DNA of 64,000 nt from positions 9,815,061 to 9,879,060 of the forward strand of contig CM082584.2 in NCBI GenBank assembly GCA_040954595.2. The letters are read 5' to 3'. The notes under the pieces were generated by a model. That model was given only the letters and a program-made list of their open reading frames with translations, did not search any database and was not told where the DNA came from. A program made the translations under genes and the position numbers. Below, piece by piece: positions 26,001 to 41,000 of this stretch (positions are counted from its first letter, which is position 1; each line of letters opens with the position of its first letter). This stretch comes from Balanoglossus misakiensis. Taxonomy: Eukaryota > Animalia > Hemichordata.

Positions 26001-29000
26001 TGTGATAGATAGGAAGGTCTATACCATCCATCCAACACATAACCTGATTAAGATGAATCATAAAGACATAAGACGAACGTAGCATTATGACTTTAGAAAC
26101 ATAGATTTCATTCAAATGTTTAATATTAACCTTTCAATGGAAGGTAGAATTGAGAATGATGAAAAAAAAATGTGGGAAATGAATCAATTTCCCAGGTACA
26201 GATAATGTCTCCATTATGACTTTAGAAATTGAACACTGATTTTGAGGCTAAAGTTCAAATCTTTAATATTAATTTCTCCTCCTAAAGTGGAATTAACAAA
26301 GAAAAAATTGCGTGAGAAACAAATCGATTCCCTAATAGAGATAATGTGAATTCCAGATTTACAAGGAAGATGTATTTGATTTAATATACAGGTCCTTATA
26401 TGAGAATTTAAGCCATCCGCTCATATATTAAATGCCAAGATATCCTGTTGAGCACCTTATCTTCAAGAGACAAATGTCATCACGTTTTGTGCATGGCATA
26501 ATAACTCCCGCGATCTCCAACCAGTAGCCACTGAGGCATCATTCCCATGGCTGTTGCCATGGAGACCTCAAACACTCCCTGTCGACAGTTTATCTGCAAA
26601 GCCAAATGCTTCGTATTTTTTCATGTGAATGTCAAAGTGCGTGTTTTTCACGATTTTTTTTCTCTTTCTGATAACAATTGTGGGACACAATGAATGAAAA
26701 ACCTGTGGAGATTTTAAACGCCGTAAATGTCAGCACAGCTAGTTCATCAATTTGATTTACTGGGGAAAACGGATGTTGGGCATGGCACTCTCTCTCAGTG
26801 TCAATGACAGGCAAACACGAGATCCTGTATCTGTGTGTTGACAGCACGGTTCAAATCTCTCAGAACCATGATAATTTTCAGCATTAACAATTTCACACAT
26901 TCAACAGTTGTCACGCAAAGAGAGATAAAACAAACAAGAAAATTGCTCGTCAAATATTAAATCGGCAGCAAGTGTGACGCAAAAATTAATGAGATCCTTT
27001 TTCATTTCAGAAAAGATTGGATCCCGAGGGTTTTAATGTTGATGGTCTGTGGCATTTCAGACTCCCGTAAACAAATGCAATCAATCACCAGTTTGCCCCA
27101 CACCGATGGCCTGAAGCAAAACAATTTTTCTCCACTTATTTTATTTCACAAGGCCTGTCAGTTTCACAGATGCAGATGATAAAGTGCAAGACACCATGGC
27201 ATAGCATCTCCCCCAAGGTACAGTTTCAACCCAATAAGCTGTTAGAAGCATTAAAGTGTGAATTCCCGGTATACGCCGACCCCTGGATGTAATATATTAG
27301 CTCAATTTTCAGAGTGCTATGGACTACAGATGAACTCTCTAGTGGTTATACATACAAAGACATTGGCTTGTCAGTGTTCATTCAAGATTTTTAACAAGCG
27401 TCTTGTCAAACTAAACAGGCTGCATGTAAATCTACCCGCGCACTATATCAGGGCAGATCTCAGGCCCTCAATATTTCATTTTGATCGTTGTTTATCAAGA
27501 TGATGATGGATGGTGGGTTTTTTTCACGTCCAGTTGTTCAAGGGCAGTGTTACATTGTATTTAATTCATCTGCAAGGCCTGTACATGGTTGTTTAGTCTG
27601 GATTCTTAAAACGTCCTTCATAATCTAAATAGTTTGATGTTTATTATACCTAGCCATTTGATATAATATCTACAACATATACGTTGTTACATACATACTG
27701 CACTCATCTTAGTTCCTTTTACTCAAATGTCGGCTATTGTTTGGTCCTCCCCTCACAGTCAATAGAAATTAATATAAGCTTGGCCGTACCCACACATAGA
27801 TGGAATGTCATTTCGTTGCAACTGTGGTCATAAACATCGTCAGCATCTCGTAAATGTCACCAACTGCTCTGAAAGCATACAATGAAATCTTCATTTCGCT
27901 TGTAAAATGCGAGATTATGAGTGTCATGCCATATGTCTCTGCCTATCTATATGCGGTGTAAATTTATAGGCTGTGTTGAAGTGAACATTATTGACTGAAA
28001 GAATATGTGATTTCATTCAGTGTAACCAACCATATGAATATTTGTAAACGCATAAAATTTTATATAATCAATGGAACAGTTTTAAGATTATGATAGAAAT
28101 TCGTCTACACACATGAGAAATCAAATTAGAGACATTGTATAAGTTGACAGTACTGGTATATATCATCATGCATGATTTTCGATCAGCATGTTCCCAACTC
28201 CAAACCCACCTGCTCAGGTTTTCATCATTAAATACCTGATGTTGTATTATTTGCGAAAAAAACATCTTAGAACTATTTTTAGAAGTGCAGTTTTCGTGCC
28301 ACCCTGCCGTTTCGTAGAAATTGCATCTGGTGATTAAAATGCTGTGTTTGTCCCATTTGCCATCCCCGATATAATTCAAAAATTTTATTTCCTGCCATCA
28401 TAAGCCAGGCAAGTCATAAATGATAGCGCTGAATTTTTCTCCCGGGGATGGCTGATGTAGACGAACGCGAATTCTGCCCATTTGACTGACGGCCAGTGTA
28501 AACAGTGCCTTCATAAAGAGGACTGTTAATGTAATGGATTTGGGGTTTATAGGTCCCCGTGACTATAGAACCATTAAGATATGCCCCGGTCAAACACTTC
28601 AGATTCAATTATCTATACAAAAGCTGTTTCCTCCGAAGTATGAATTGAAGCCTTCTCGCTCGTCAAGTGAAATGAACATAGGTTTCTCTTGCATGTCCTT
28701 TCCCTCAGGGGACAGGAAAATTGGTAATAATTTATGCGTCGATCATCATCGTTAATGACCGCTTAATGTGGTTTTCATTTGACAAACAAAGTGAAATTTC
28801 CTGACTCTAGAAGATCACGCTCTGATCTCTGGGGAGTGTACAGGCAATTCAGTAGGGAAAGTCAACAAATATGTCCCCAAAAGTATCCATGGTAATATGT
28901 GAGAATGTGATAACATCTCCTGTGGTCTCCCTAAATATATTGGTCTTCCTGAATATATCGCGACTTTGGTGTCCCAAGAAATACTGCAATAGATAGTCAT

Positions 29001-32000
29001 TCTGTGTGCCACATTTTATAGTCTGACGTTTCATGATTGGACTTAGGCTTACTGCCAGTACATGATGAAACACCCCAAGAGACCTGTCCCCAGAACATGT
29101 AATCATGAGTTGTCTGTCAACAGTGAATGTGTACTATTTCGCAGTCTTGACAAGCGTAATACAAACATTGTAACCCTGGAGTACTCATCTCCTGATCATT
29201 TATGCAATAATCACTTGACAGCATGTGTCCCGTGTCATTTGAACTCAATCTGTGAAAACACTATTTCCTGCGTGAAAACCTAAACGAAAAGGCTGACTTC
29301 AGGCTTCGTTTTTGACTATTTAAACCTGTTCACATAATTTTTTCAGTTCCTCTGCTTACATTGTAATTTCCCCCGACCATTGTATTAAAACGAAAGATTT
29401 ATTTTCAAGCAGTAAATTATGTCAAATGAAAATTTTGTAAAGATTTTCTTAGAGTCAGTAATATGTGCACAATTATCATCACACATCTAAGAACTGCATG
29501 TGCAAATGCCAGGTAGATTAGGCAGAATATTTCATTTAGGTATTCCTAATAAAGAAATTCTATATCATATTCTACAAATATGATATAGAAATTTTGATAT
29601 TGAAAAATGTATTAATAATGGTTTGTCTTAATGGTTTTCATGTTTGATCAAATCTTCTCCCGCGGTCAAATCTTCCTGAAATATGACGGTTGCCAGCCTA
29701 ATTGTAGCGAATGCTGACTTACTTCATTCATATGTTTCTCAAGTGTCAGTGCAGATTCTGCCGTTGCATTGACAAAGCAAATGAACCAATTAATGCAGCG
29801 CTGTGCCTCGGAACTGATTACCGTAGATACACCACGGCATGTGTATGCTGACTCGCCATGGCTACGAACTCTGTGATGCAGATGTATCATAATATATAAC
29901 ACCTAACGGGTCCCTCAACAAGTGCTCTCATAATCACAAGCCTTTTATTAGTTTTGCAATATCAGTCGGGCTCAGATAAGCTTAGATGTGGTGATTATGT
30001 GCGTCGGTAGTATGCACTGTCGGCTGTTTCTCTAAGAAACCCCATCAACTAACAGTAGATATTATTTCATTTAGAATCCACTGTGGTGTTTGGTTATCGA
30101 TACCCATCCCTGTAAAATTTAATCCAAGAAAACTGAGGCATACACCCCCTGAAAACAAGAAAATCACCCGTGTTTTTTCATCGCAAATGAAAAACAATTT
30201 TCAGATTAGCCAGTAATTTTCCTTATCTTCTAGTGGGTTATCATATAAAAAGTAATTGGTATTTATCATTTCATATTGCTCTCTTGAGAGATTGTCGGCT
30301 GTAGTTATGATTCATGTGCAGATGACTGTCATCAGATGAATGCATCCGTACAAAAATGAGAAGGGCAAATCTTGTTCTATAGCATACTATATTTCCATTA
30401 ATATTAGATGGAGGGAGGCTTTTCACGTTGCTCAGTTGGATCAGTAGCCGCTGGGAGGAAATGCTTCCAAGACGTTTTTTTCCTGGTATCTTTAAAACGC
30501 TTGACATGCCCGACAGGTTCCGTGCACAGCGGGGGATGTGAAGTAAATGATATTCGGTAAAGCTGAAAATTCAGCCGAGAGGGATGACTGTATAAATAAA
30601 ACTCCCTGTTTTTTTGTGTAGTCTGCAAAGACAGCGCTGCAGTTGCCCTAGCAGTGCTGGGTCTCTGTTTGGTTGAGTCTAATCCGCTGTGTTGTACGTG
30701 CCGGTCTATTGTGCCGTACGTGCTTCACACCCCCGTTTGCCTGTTTTGGTTGAGTCTGACCGTGAAATCGCCGTGTTCGTTATATTCTCCCCGCATCGAC
30801 GACTCTGCTGCTGTCACATGTGGTGTGCGTCTCCAGCTGCAGTGGGATTTATATTTTGTTGCCAGCGTATATCCTTCCTGTGTTGAAAACTTTCAACCTC
30901 GCACACAGACGTCGACGTGCGCTGTATTTAGTCGCGGTGATCCTGCTGCTGCGTAGAGTCAGTGACGGCGACTTGGAGTTCAATGATCCTGTTATTAGAC
31001 AGCCCTCAAGTCGATCGATTGTCGCTCGCTGGCTCATGTTATCTTGTTGCTCATTAGCACCTGGGTGTTATTCCATGTGCTCGCCACGGTTACACCCATG
31101 CAGCCTGTAATCCCAGCCTGAGCTCCTGCGCTTAATTGAGGATTCCGCCTTGATCAGGCTGGACGGACGATCGGCGGAGTTAAATATAGTCTGGCAGGGA
31201 TCTGAAATAATCATCTGGGCAGGACCAGAGAGGGTGATATATTGCCGCTGTGGTTTTGTTTTCGCGCGCACTCCTAGTCTGCCTTTCTCGTCATGGAAGA
31301 AGAAGACAACCCGGAGATCATCGCCCTGACGGAGAACACGGACAGCAGTCCCGGCCCTCGGGTGCGGAGGGGTAGCGTCCAGTTCAAAATTAACGGAGTG
31401 GACCGAACCACGTCTTGTAAACTGAAGCGAAATGCCTCCAAGTCGGGTTCGAAGGGAAAGCTGCAGCGCGGAAAGAGATGGGCTCGGTCCATCTATTCCA
31501 AAAGATTGAAAATGTTGGTGTCTTCAAGGCAGGGAGGTGAGGCTATGAAATTCATCCGACTGTTTAAAGAACCATTGTATGTAAGCGACAAACTTTTTTA
31601 CGAAGAGAGTAGTATCTGTAGTTTGTGATAATGTATTTTCAAAAAATATGTAGACTTAAAATGTTCTATGTCTGGGGTGTCAGCTTCCGTCATTCATCTT
31701 GTCAATACAAGCTGTGCACTATTGCTTATAGCTGGCATTTGAATTCAAAGGCAGGCAACATTCATTTCGCCACAGTAACGTCGCTGCATACGTACGCATA
31801 CCCCGTATACGCACCGTGTTGGCAAATTGAATAGTGGGCTCTTTGACTTGATCGAGTTATGGAGTGAAATATGTGAAACTTGTTGATAAACTGAAATCGT
31901 CACAAGTTGGTTGTCTTAGGAATTCTCAATTGCACCAGGCTACCGGTATTAATAATGGAGATTGGTTTAAAACTATTCAGTTGTGTCGAAATACTTATGC

Positions 32001-35000
32001 GTTAAAAATATTTGTGGAGTAATTGATTGGATTTGATCAAGCATTCTTTGATATGATATCGCATTTCCCATGGAGTACTGAACGCAAATCAATATTAACA
32101 GTCTAGCTATGGAAATTAGTGTGACAGATTGTTTATCACATGGGGGCGTGATGACATATTGCTCGGAAATGGAAAATACCGATACCATTAAAGTAATATA
32201 TTGTCAGCTGTTACCGGCACACTGGTATGTGCCTGTAGTTTTCACATGACCTGAAGATATTATATATTTTGTATCATATGGACAGCCATGGTTTCATACA
32301 AGGAACTCTATGCTATAACACAGTTATATTATTAGCCAGTGTGTATTAAAATAACATTCATCTTATGAACTTTAATCTCCCCATGTATAAACTTCTCAGG
32401 CTGGAATTTTTCTCAGATTATTGTATCATAGTATCTTATGGATAGCGCGGATAACTGAGAAAATAAGTTTTAGAAATGTTCACAAGAGAAGATTACATTT
32501 GGATAATGAGTAAAACCATTAGTGTTGTTTCAGCCCCAGGTACTGATTAAGCCATCATATATTATTACACCATTATGGTCAAACTGAATATTTCTAAAGG
32601 CTGTTTAAAACTGACAGGGTGTACAGAGAATACATAACTGATGAGCAGTGTGGGACTGTCTTTTGATAGCTTCAAGCTGTTTGCAGTGTGACTTTGGAAT
32701 CACAAAATGGAGTTAGTTATAATGCATACACATTATGTTGATAGTTTAATAGCCAATACATTATTGATGAATTTTAATGCCTGTCTATCACATTTGAACG
32801 GAGGCCTGCAGTTGTTGCCAAAGGTGCAAGGAAGAGAATGTATGCCTTTTATATTTCAGTGTGCACCATCTATCCAATCTGAAGTGTTTACACAGATCTC
32901 TCTGTGAAATGCATTAGGGAAGTTATACCAGTAGATAGGTTGGTAAACCCGTTCCTCTGAATGTAGTTCTATGGTACATGAAAAACGGTTTTCAAAAAGG
33001 GCCATCAAGTTGAATGTTGTATTTGTAATGGAAATCAATGCACGGTGTACGTATGTTTAAAGCCATCAACGTGGTTTGTCGTTAACAGCTGCATCTATTC
33101 ACATCATGGTTTTACGTTTGCCATGTTGTTTTGTTACACCATCCATTTGACCTCCTTTATATGACCGACGTTCGTGACTATTGCGAGTTCTTGATAGGAA
33201 ACCAGGAACAAGCTGTTCCAAGAAAACTCTGTGGGGAGCAGTTGTGTGCATGATGCAGTTAGCTCAGACGTCCATTAGATGTCTCTTTTATTTATTAAAC
33301 AAGTACTTGAATATTATGATTATTTGATGAGGGAATCGAGGAATAACGTTTCCTGGAAACACTGTGGGGAAATTATGCACATGATGTGAGAAGTGGTTGC
33401 GATTGCGAGGCATCATGTTTTGTTATACAGCCGATAACAGCAGACAGACAGTGTGGACAGGATGGACGTACCTGAAAGTCTGAGAGAACACACGATTTTC
33501 CTGTTAGTTTTTTCTGCGAAGGCACTTCACAGCAACAGTTACATGTGTAAGGAAATGATATCGTCGAATACTAGAGCTCTCACTACATACACAGATATCT
33601 TGTTCATACACCTCTTACTTCCAAGAGGCATTTTCTTCCCTCACAACCTACTTGTGATGGGACTACTTGTACCATCTGTTCCAGTCATTGTAGGTCATCA
33701 GCCTGCTCATAACATTACACTGTGGTCTTCGCTGTCACTTTTGTGCAGTTCACTCTACTATATTTCTATGATTAAATTTGAATCTTGAAAAGAGTATATT
33801 GGTTACAACCATGGTTGTTCTTGGATAGATGGAGTTTTCCATTAGTCAAACATAGACTCAATTGACTTTTTCAGATATGATCAAGATTGCAAAATTCATC
33901 TGTGCAGATGTTTTATTTGGGTAAAGCCAATGGTCTTTGTTTAGTACCAGTGTGTTTGGATCAGATTGCATATGCACATTTCGAACAGTTATATGCACCC
34001 AAAGCATGACCTGAAGTAAAACAAGAGTTTTCAAAATATATAGACCTTGGCTTCATAAATGTTTCAAACCGTTGATCAGCATTCCAGAGCAAGGATCTGG
34101 AGCACTTAAATGCAGCTTGAGGGTGATAATTGCAACACGAAGCCTTGCTTGACATACAAATCTATCAGGAAATCTAGCTTGTATAACTATACATGTAACT
34201 TAGCCGAGTTCTCTTTCGTCATTGCGACATTCTGAAACTGCAAAGTGTATGCTTAATCTGTGCCCTAGGTTAATTCATTATTACAGTACCAGGATTGTGT
34301 GTATTTTCTCTTGTATTCAGGCACACCGCGAGAATTAAAAGCTACTGGTTGTGCATTGCATTGTATTTTCAACCGATTAGGTTCAGGCTGCTGATTTATT
34401 TTAACGCCACATTTATTAGGCGTCGGCAACATTTTTGCATTGATATCGTCTATGTATTCACGGCCATGAGTGTAAATAAAAGAGTGCTGAGATAAATCGG
34501 CATGTTTGTGGGTGTTAAAATGTAGAATAAAAGATCTGTGCGAGTGAAAACAGTCTCCACGCAGCTTATCATAGCACGATTTCTTGCCACAAGTGTTAAA
34601 TTTGCAGTTTATAGTTTAATCTGTGTGAGGTCAGTGTCCGTACCAAGTTTTAATAAAACTAGGTGTATAGTAACTTAGTTTTATAGCGTTAGCTGTAATG
34701 TTTATGTATGCCAAATGTCTCTCAGTATAGTCAGATGTCTGTGAGAACAATATCTCTAGATTTAAAAATTAATAATCTTCTTATGTCCAAAACTACTTCA
34801 ACATGTATTTTCACACAATGAAACCTTACATGTGAAAAGAAATGCTGTAAGCATTACTTTAAAACTTCCAGTGGGATGAATTTGCTATTCAGTGTAAAAG
34901 AGCAAAGAATGTTTTATTCAAAATTTTAAGGATTAAAAGGTGTTATAAGTTGTGAACAGCTGACACAAAAAAGCAGGAAATGAGTTTCTGTTGGATTTTT

Positions 35001-38000
35001 CTAACAATTCCAATTCCATTCTTCATTGTCCAGTAACGAATATGCAGTTGAAATAGTCTTCACTGATTCAGATAGAAGGAAAATAATTTTCCTATATCTA
35101 TATCGCCATAAATTTAATTAAAATGGAATATCACTGATGTTGGAACACAAATGTGCCGGTTTAATAATATCTAACGTAACCTATATATCATTACGTGGTA
35201 GTCTGCCGTACGGTAACTTTATTAAGGATTTTGAAAATAATAGTCTGAGCTTTTACTGTGCACAAGTAATTACTATATGGGGAAAGTAATTCACACAACA
35301 AAAATCAATATATTGAATGATTTGTGTATATAAGAAGTATTACATTGACGCGAGAGACACATGTACATGTTGATCTACAGGAAAGGTGGGATTATATCCG
35401 GAAATGTAAAGGATTATTTTGTGCAGCTTTGATTGTTTGACGTCATGTGTACATTTGTACATGATATGAATGGTTGAAGCTCTGGTATGTTGAAAGTTTT
35501 TCATATTTTCTGACTCGGGGGGGGGGGGGGGATTAGAGGCAGGCTGTCACTGCAAATGGTGTCTTTGAAAACGCTGTTAACATCATTACATGAACTGGCG
35601 ATTGATGTAGGCCTGCTTTTGTTTAATGGTGCAGTTTGACTCATTTACAAGGAATTGGGAGTGAAAGGGTTAATTGGATTATATGATTGTCTTGTGCCAC
35701 TGTAATAAAATGTATTTTATGGAAATGAATGGAATAGACGTGTGTGTATGTGTGTCGCATTTCATGTGTGCATCCATGTTTATGATTGTATACATGATGA
35801 GTACCATACTCACATGTATTAAAAGTGAATAACGATCATAAAAGTAATTGTGCAAATCATATTTTTTTTATGGACACAATGATTAGACACTACATAATCC
35901 ATGACTAACTCAACGGAATGTAAACTAAGGTTTGCCAGCACTCTGAGATCAACTCATATAAGTGTAGCATAAGCTTTTAAAAGACATGCAGTCTCTCCTT
36001 ACCCAGTTCATATCATATTGAACATCGACACGACTGCATCATTTGCCAATAATAAACTCAATGCACATAACGGTCTTGAACGAAAGTATCTGACCTAAAT
36101 TCCTGGCATTCCCAGTTAATGATATTTCAACATGTTTACTGTCGATGCATTACTGTTCAAATTGCCAAACACTGCAAATATAATTGGACAGTCAGCATGG
36201 CTCCCTTGCATGTGCTGTATGTCAGCAGGAACTTGAACCTTTAGATGATGGATAAATGAGGTGCTAAAAAAAGTGACAAGAACCGTCACTCCTAGTAAAA
36301 GCTGTTTATCCAAGAGAATTCTTGTAATGTATACATGAATGTGTGGAATACTTGTATTTAATAGACTTTTGGTGTACAAAATGTTGATTCGTAAATTAAA
36401 AAAAAATGACGAAAATTACACCCTTTACTGTATGCAAGAAGCAAATGTTGTATTTGACCAGTCTAGATGAAATAAACAACTCCCGTTCCAACTTGTGTTT
36501 TAGCAGGGAAATAAAACATTCTGACAACGTATATTGAAAGCTATCATCCTTATCTGTATCAGAGAGGCACCTCCAAGTCCAATCAAAATCTCATTACAAG
36601 TGCCCTCATGAGGTCTAAACCTTATTAATATTCAGACTTGCCTGATGCAAGCTGTATATACCGAACTTGATTTTTGCACTTTACATGAATACTGGCTGTA
36701 AAATGCTTCATGGACTGTTTAATGTACTACAAGCAGAGGGGGGAGTGTTTACAGTAGTTTAACATTGAGATGTGTGTTTCAAGTAGTTAAACATCATAAG
36801 AATTGACCAGAAAAAAAAGGGAAAAAGACAGCGACTTGTCTCGTTAAGTTTAATACACATAGCGTGGGTGTATATCTGTACACAACTTGACAAATTGAAT
36901 CCCTGGGTAACTAGCCATGGCTAATCAATAGGGTGCGACCGGAATGTCCTTTAACTCAGTGTGGGTATTACTGCTAGTTGTCAGTTGAAAATTAATTCCA
37001 TGGGGTCTGCATCACACCGTATCTATAACTGTCAATCGCGTATGCAGTCATGTATTGTGGAAATATCATTAGTAATCACTATTGAGAGAGAGATGGAGTC
37101 ATTTCTGAGTGATATAAGCTTTTCTGCATCATATGCCCTAGTGCACTTTTCTGTATCATATGCCCCAGTGCACTGAGTCCAAACAAGGTAATTTGCGCAA
37201 GCCGTCAAATTACTTTCTCTGGCATTATATGTACCTTTTTGTCCTCTTAGTTTAAAGGTAGAGTGCACGCTGTCAGAGTAAAATGATTAAAGGGAGAGGG
37301 TCGTCCCATCTGCAGCTGTGGGTACAACTACAAGTCCAGGCAGCATTCATGATCATTTTGTTGTAAAACTTGCCACTGTTAGAACAGAAGTATCTGGAAT
37401 ATATTTAATATCTTTTATTCATATTTATTTTTCAGAAGCAGAAGAGGAGGTCACACTAATGTATGCACAGCATCAGGTCAGTTCTTGTGTCTGTTCTTTA
37501 CGCCTGATTTCAGCTATTTCCATCTGGGTATAGAAGAAATTGAGTAGGCTGTAAATCTGCGCGTATTAAAAATTAACATTTGAAGAAAATCTGCTGGTTT
37601 CTGATATCTGTACTTTGCTGTGATATCCTCATCTGTTAATCCTTCCCTGGAATAAACTGTTGCATATACAGTGCATTACGTGAATTTCTGGAAAGACATG
37701 GATAATTAAAGTCATGTGAACTCCACACAAATACATAATATGTGGACAAGCATGTAGTAGAGTACAGTATTGGAATAATATGACCAGTGTTTTACACACA
37801 TTGTCTTTTTGCGTGTGTACCATGATGGGCTTGAATTCTGGCGGTTTCTTCTTTCGCTGGAAAATGTTTAATAATATGTTGGAAGGATGACTTCCGTAGA
37901 AAGCCTTGATGGTGTAGAGGAAAGACTCGGAGCACTTAGGAATTATGTGACATTTGTACTGTTTGCCTAATTGTGACAGTATCTGATATCTATTAATGAT

Positions 38001-41000
38001 CCCCAGAGGAAAAATATAATACTTGTACGTTGATTGAGAAATCGTGGGGGCTGCTGTGTGTATATCATTTCATCCTCGGAGTGGGCGTCGTCGCCATAGA
38101 AACAGGCTATTATTTATCAACACAGAAGGCAGTAATTGGGGAAATAAGTGAGACGGGCGTTTCGCGAAGGAATTAAACTAGAAAACCTGGTGATGTTGAT
38201 GGCCCCAAGAGGCTATGTGCCGTGTACTTGAACAAGAACCCACTTAAATTTGCATGCATCATGCACATACGTACGGTACAAGGTGCATGTTCACTATCCG
38301 AAAATCGTTACAGTGTAATGTCGGATTTTCTGGAAACTGTACATGAATATCAACTCTAGAGAGATCAATGTTCATGTATTCATTCAGTGGACAAACACCC
38401 AAGGGTCGCTTTTTATACAGGATCCAATGAAAGCAGCTGCGCCATTATTTTATTATTTCTTGTTTTGACTGTTTCAAGTCTTATCGCTCAAGATTGCAGT
38501 CTGGTTATAATCAGCCAATAGCATTTGTAAAGGAGTGTTCTATTATTCTATATCAGAATAGTAACTTTTTCTCTCTCCATACTCCCTTCTTCCAATGTAA
38601 GGCAAGCAGAAACTACACTGTGTAGAGTTCAGGCCCTGCAGTTCCTGGATTAAGACACTTGATATTCTCATCACATGTCAAGGCCTTAAATAATGTCTCA
38701 ATTATCTTACATTGATAAAACAATCTATCGCTGTGAAGTTAGAGTGGATCAATGGCAGTATAAATGTATACCGCAATCTACTAGTCTGGTCTTATATGCA
38801 GCCAGACCTGGCCGGATTGAAATTCATGAACTCGCTGCATGCGAATGGAATGAACAATTCTGGAATGAACAATTCTGTGTCAGAGATCGTAATACTGAAC
38901 GTTTTGATGCAGTCATCGCCTCATAGGAATCTAGAACTGCGTTGCTAGTCCCCACTGTTGGAGTCTGGGGTACATACAGATTGGGTTGTGTCTGTCCATC
39001 TGCCATGTGTCTGTAGTCAGCATACAGTACATTATACTGATCCGCCATGTGCACTGAAATATGTCACCACTGATAGACAGATTATTTGAATCCCCAAAGG
39101 CATTTAAAAGACACAGACAAATTGAAAAAACATAGTGTAAATATGTACATTCACAATTACCCTGAGCAGATGCAATTTTGACATTTTATAGAAATTGGGA
39201 AGATCTCTAGGGCCGTGATACAATAAATTGCGTCGCGAGTGACTCCTTTCAATAGCAGTGCATATATGCAGCTTCGCCACTTCAGATTGTATATTGCTCC
39301 AAATGACGACAATACCTGTGCACACAACAATCATTCACTAATCTGTGGCGCAGAAAAGTTTTCATTGATGTGTGTCGTATACTTTTACGATACCTTCGTC
39401 AAAAGTACTTGTCAGTCGGCAGTCTTTTGATCGATTAAATTGAGCGTGAATGTGCGACTCAAAATCAGAGGCTGTAAAATTTTCATTCACAAAGTTCTTT
39501 AGGAGAAGTGTATATATGCTCCATTGTCCGTGATGAAGAACCAGCCATTTGAAAGACTCTACTGGAGACACGTATACAGAACACATTTCTGTGTTATTAA
39601 ACCCATTCAGCTTTTTTGATTTGAATCCAGGCTGATATTTTTCTTGGTGGTAAGATGAAAGGTTTCTCAGAATAAAAGCATGAAGTCCATGCATACACCT
39701 TTTGGCGTGATTTCTCAGCTTCAAATTAATTTGTTATTTTTCCTCGCATAATTACAGAGGATACCCATGAAAGACTTCCACTCTGAAGTGAGAGCTACTC
39801 TGGATATAGAACAGTTTCTGAACCAAGCCGTGCTCCTGCTGGATGTCTCGGAGAATGTCCTTGAAAAGGTTGTTGACCTCCTGCTGAACAAGACGCTCAC
39901 ATTTCTCGATGAACCGCAGACGGTAATTGGTGAAGCCAAGAGTTCGCTCTTCACTCACGATTCAGGTAGTCCTCCTTAAGTTGTTGTTTTCTCTCTCTCT
40001 CTGATGCACTCATCATGTTGCTCTTTCAACCAGTCACAGGGAACTAACATCACGTTGTAATTAGGCGACAGCCATGACAAAAATTGGCTCTGAATATATT
40101 AGTTCAAAGGTACAACAAAATTAGCATCCTTTTCCCATTTACTGGAAGCATGTGCAGTGTGTTAAACTAATCATAGGGGTACTTTTTGCATGTTTAATAA
40201 TTTGCTACATCCCTGAGGTAAATCATGTTAAATTGACTGCCCTACTTGTTTTTCAAAGTCACCTTGATTTCTTTATACGCCCACCGAGATGCACAAAACC
40301 GCCGTTTAGCGCAGACAGACTGATTTCGTTCCACAAGGATTTCCTCAAATGCCTCGTAGTCTATTAATTCAGCGGGTACTCAGTCATCAACATTGACTTG
40401 TTTTCCACCTGCACATGTCATTACTGCAGTTTTTCAACCCACGGATGTGATTATATGCGATGTAAGTCTTCTCTGGGAAAGCAATCGGTAATCAAAAACT
40501 CACCATGGGTTCTTCCACGAGACTTATTTTCTTTACACTGCACTCACTTTACACCGTGCTTGAAAAGCCTGAAATTGTTTTTGAGATGCAGCCTCGAGAA
40601 TTGTAAGAAGACTTTCAAATGCACACAGTTTTTGCCTCCATCATCTTAGTCTACTTAGGCCATTATAAAGTCTGCTTATTTCAGCCTAAGAGACTTAAAT
40701 AAGCCACTGACATTGGAGAAGTTGACTGTGTGCTCATCAAACTAAAAAGACAAAGATGTCAATTACCATTTTAATTCAGTATGTTTTATTGTGTACTTCG
40801 TTATTTTCTGTCAACAGTTCAAGCACTTGCCAAGACCATTCAGGGTGTCAGCACTGGTCATGGGTTTGATTACGACCAGTCATGGATATGTGCGCTGTGA
40901 GTATACACTTATCATTACCAAAATAGCTTTATGACAGAATTCCATGACCTCTAGGCATGGTCTTTGCCCCACAGAAGTTATTTTCATGAGTGATGCAGTG

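Noticed and set aside
33462-33546. Possible third SLC4A11 first exon ([10 protein letters not shown]...) with a phase-1 donor
   Set aside because: Splicing T to the AA of exon 37436 creates TAA, and there is no supporting similarity.
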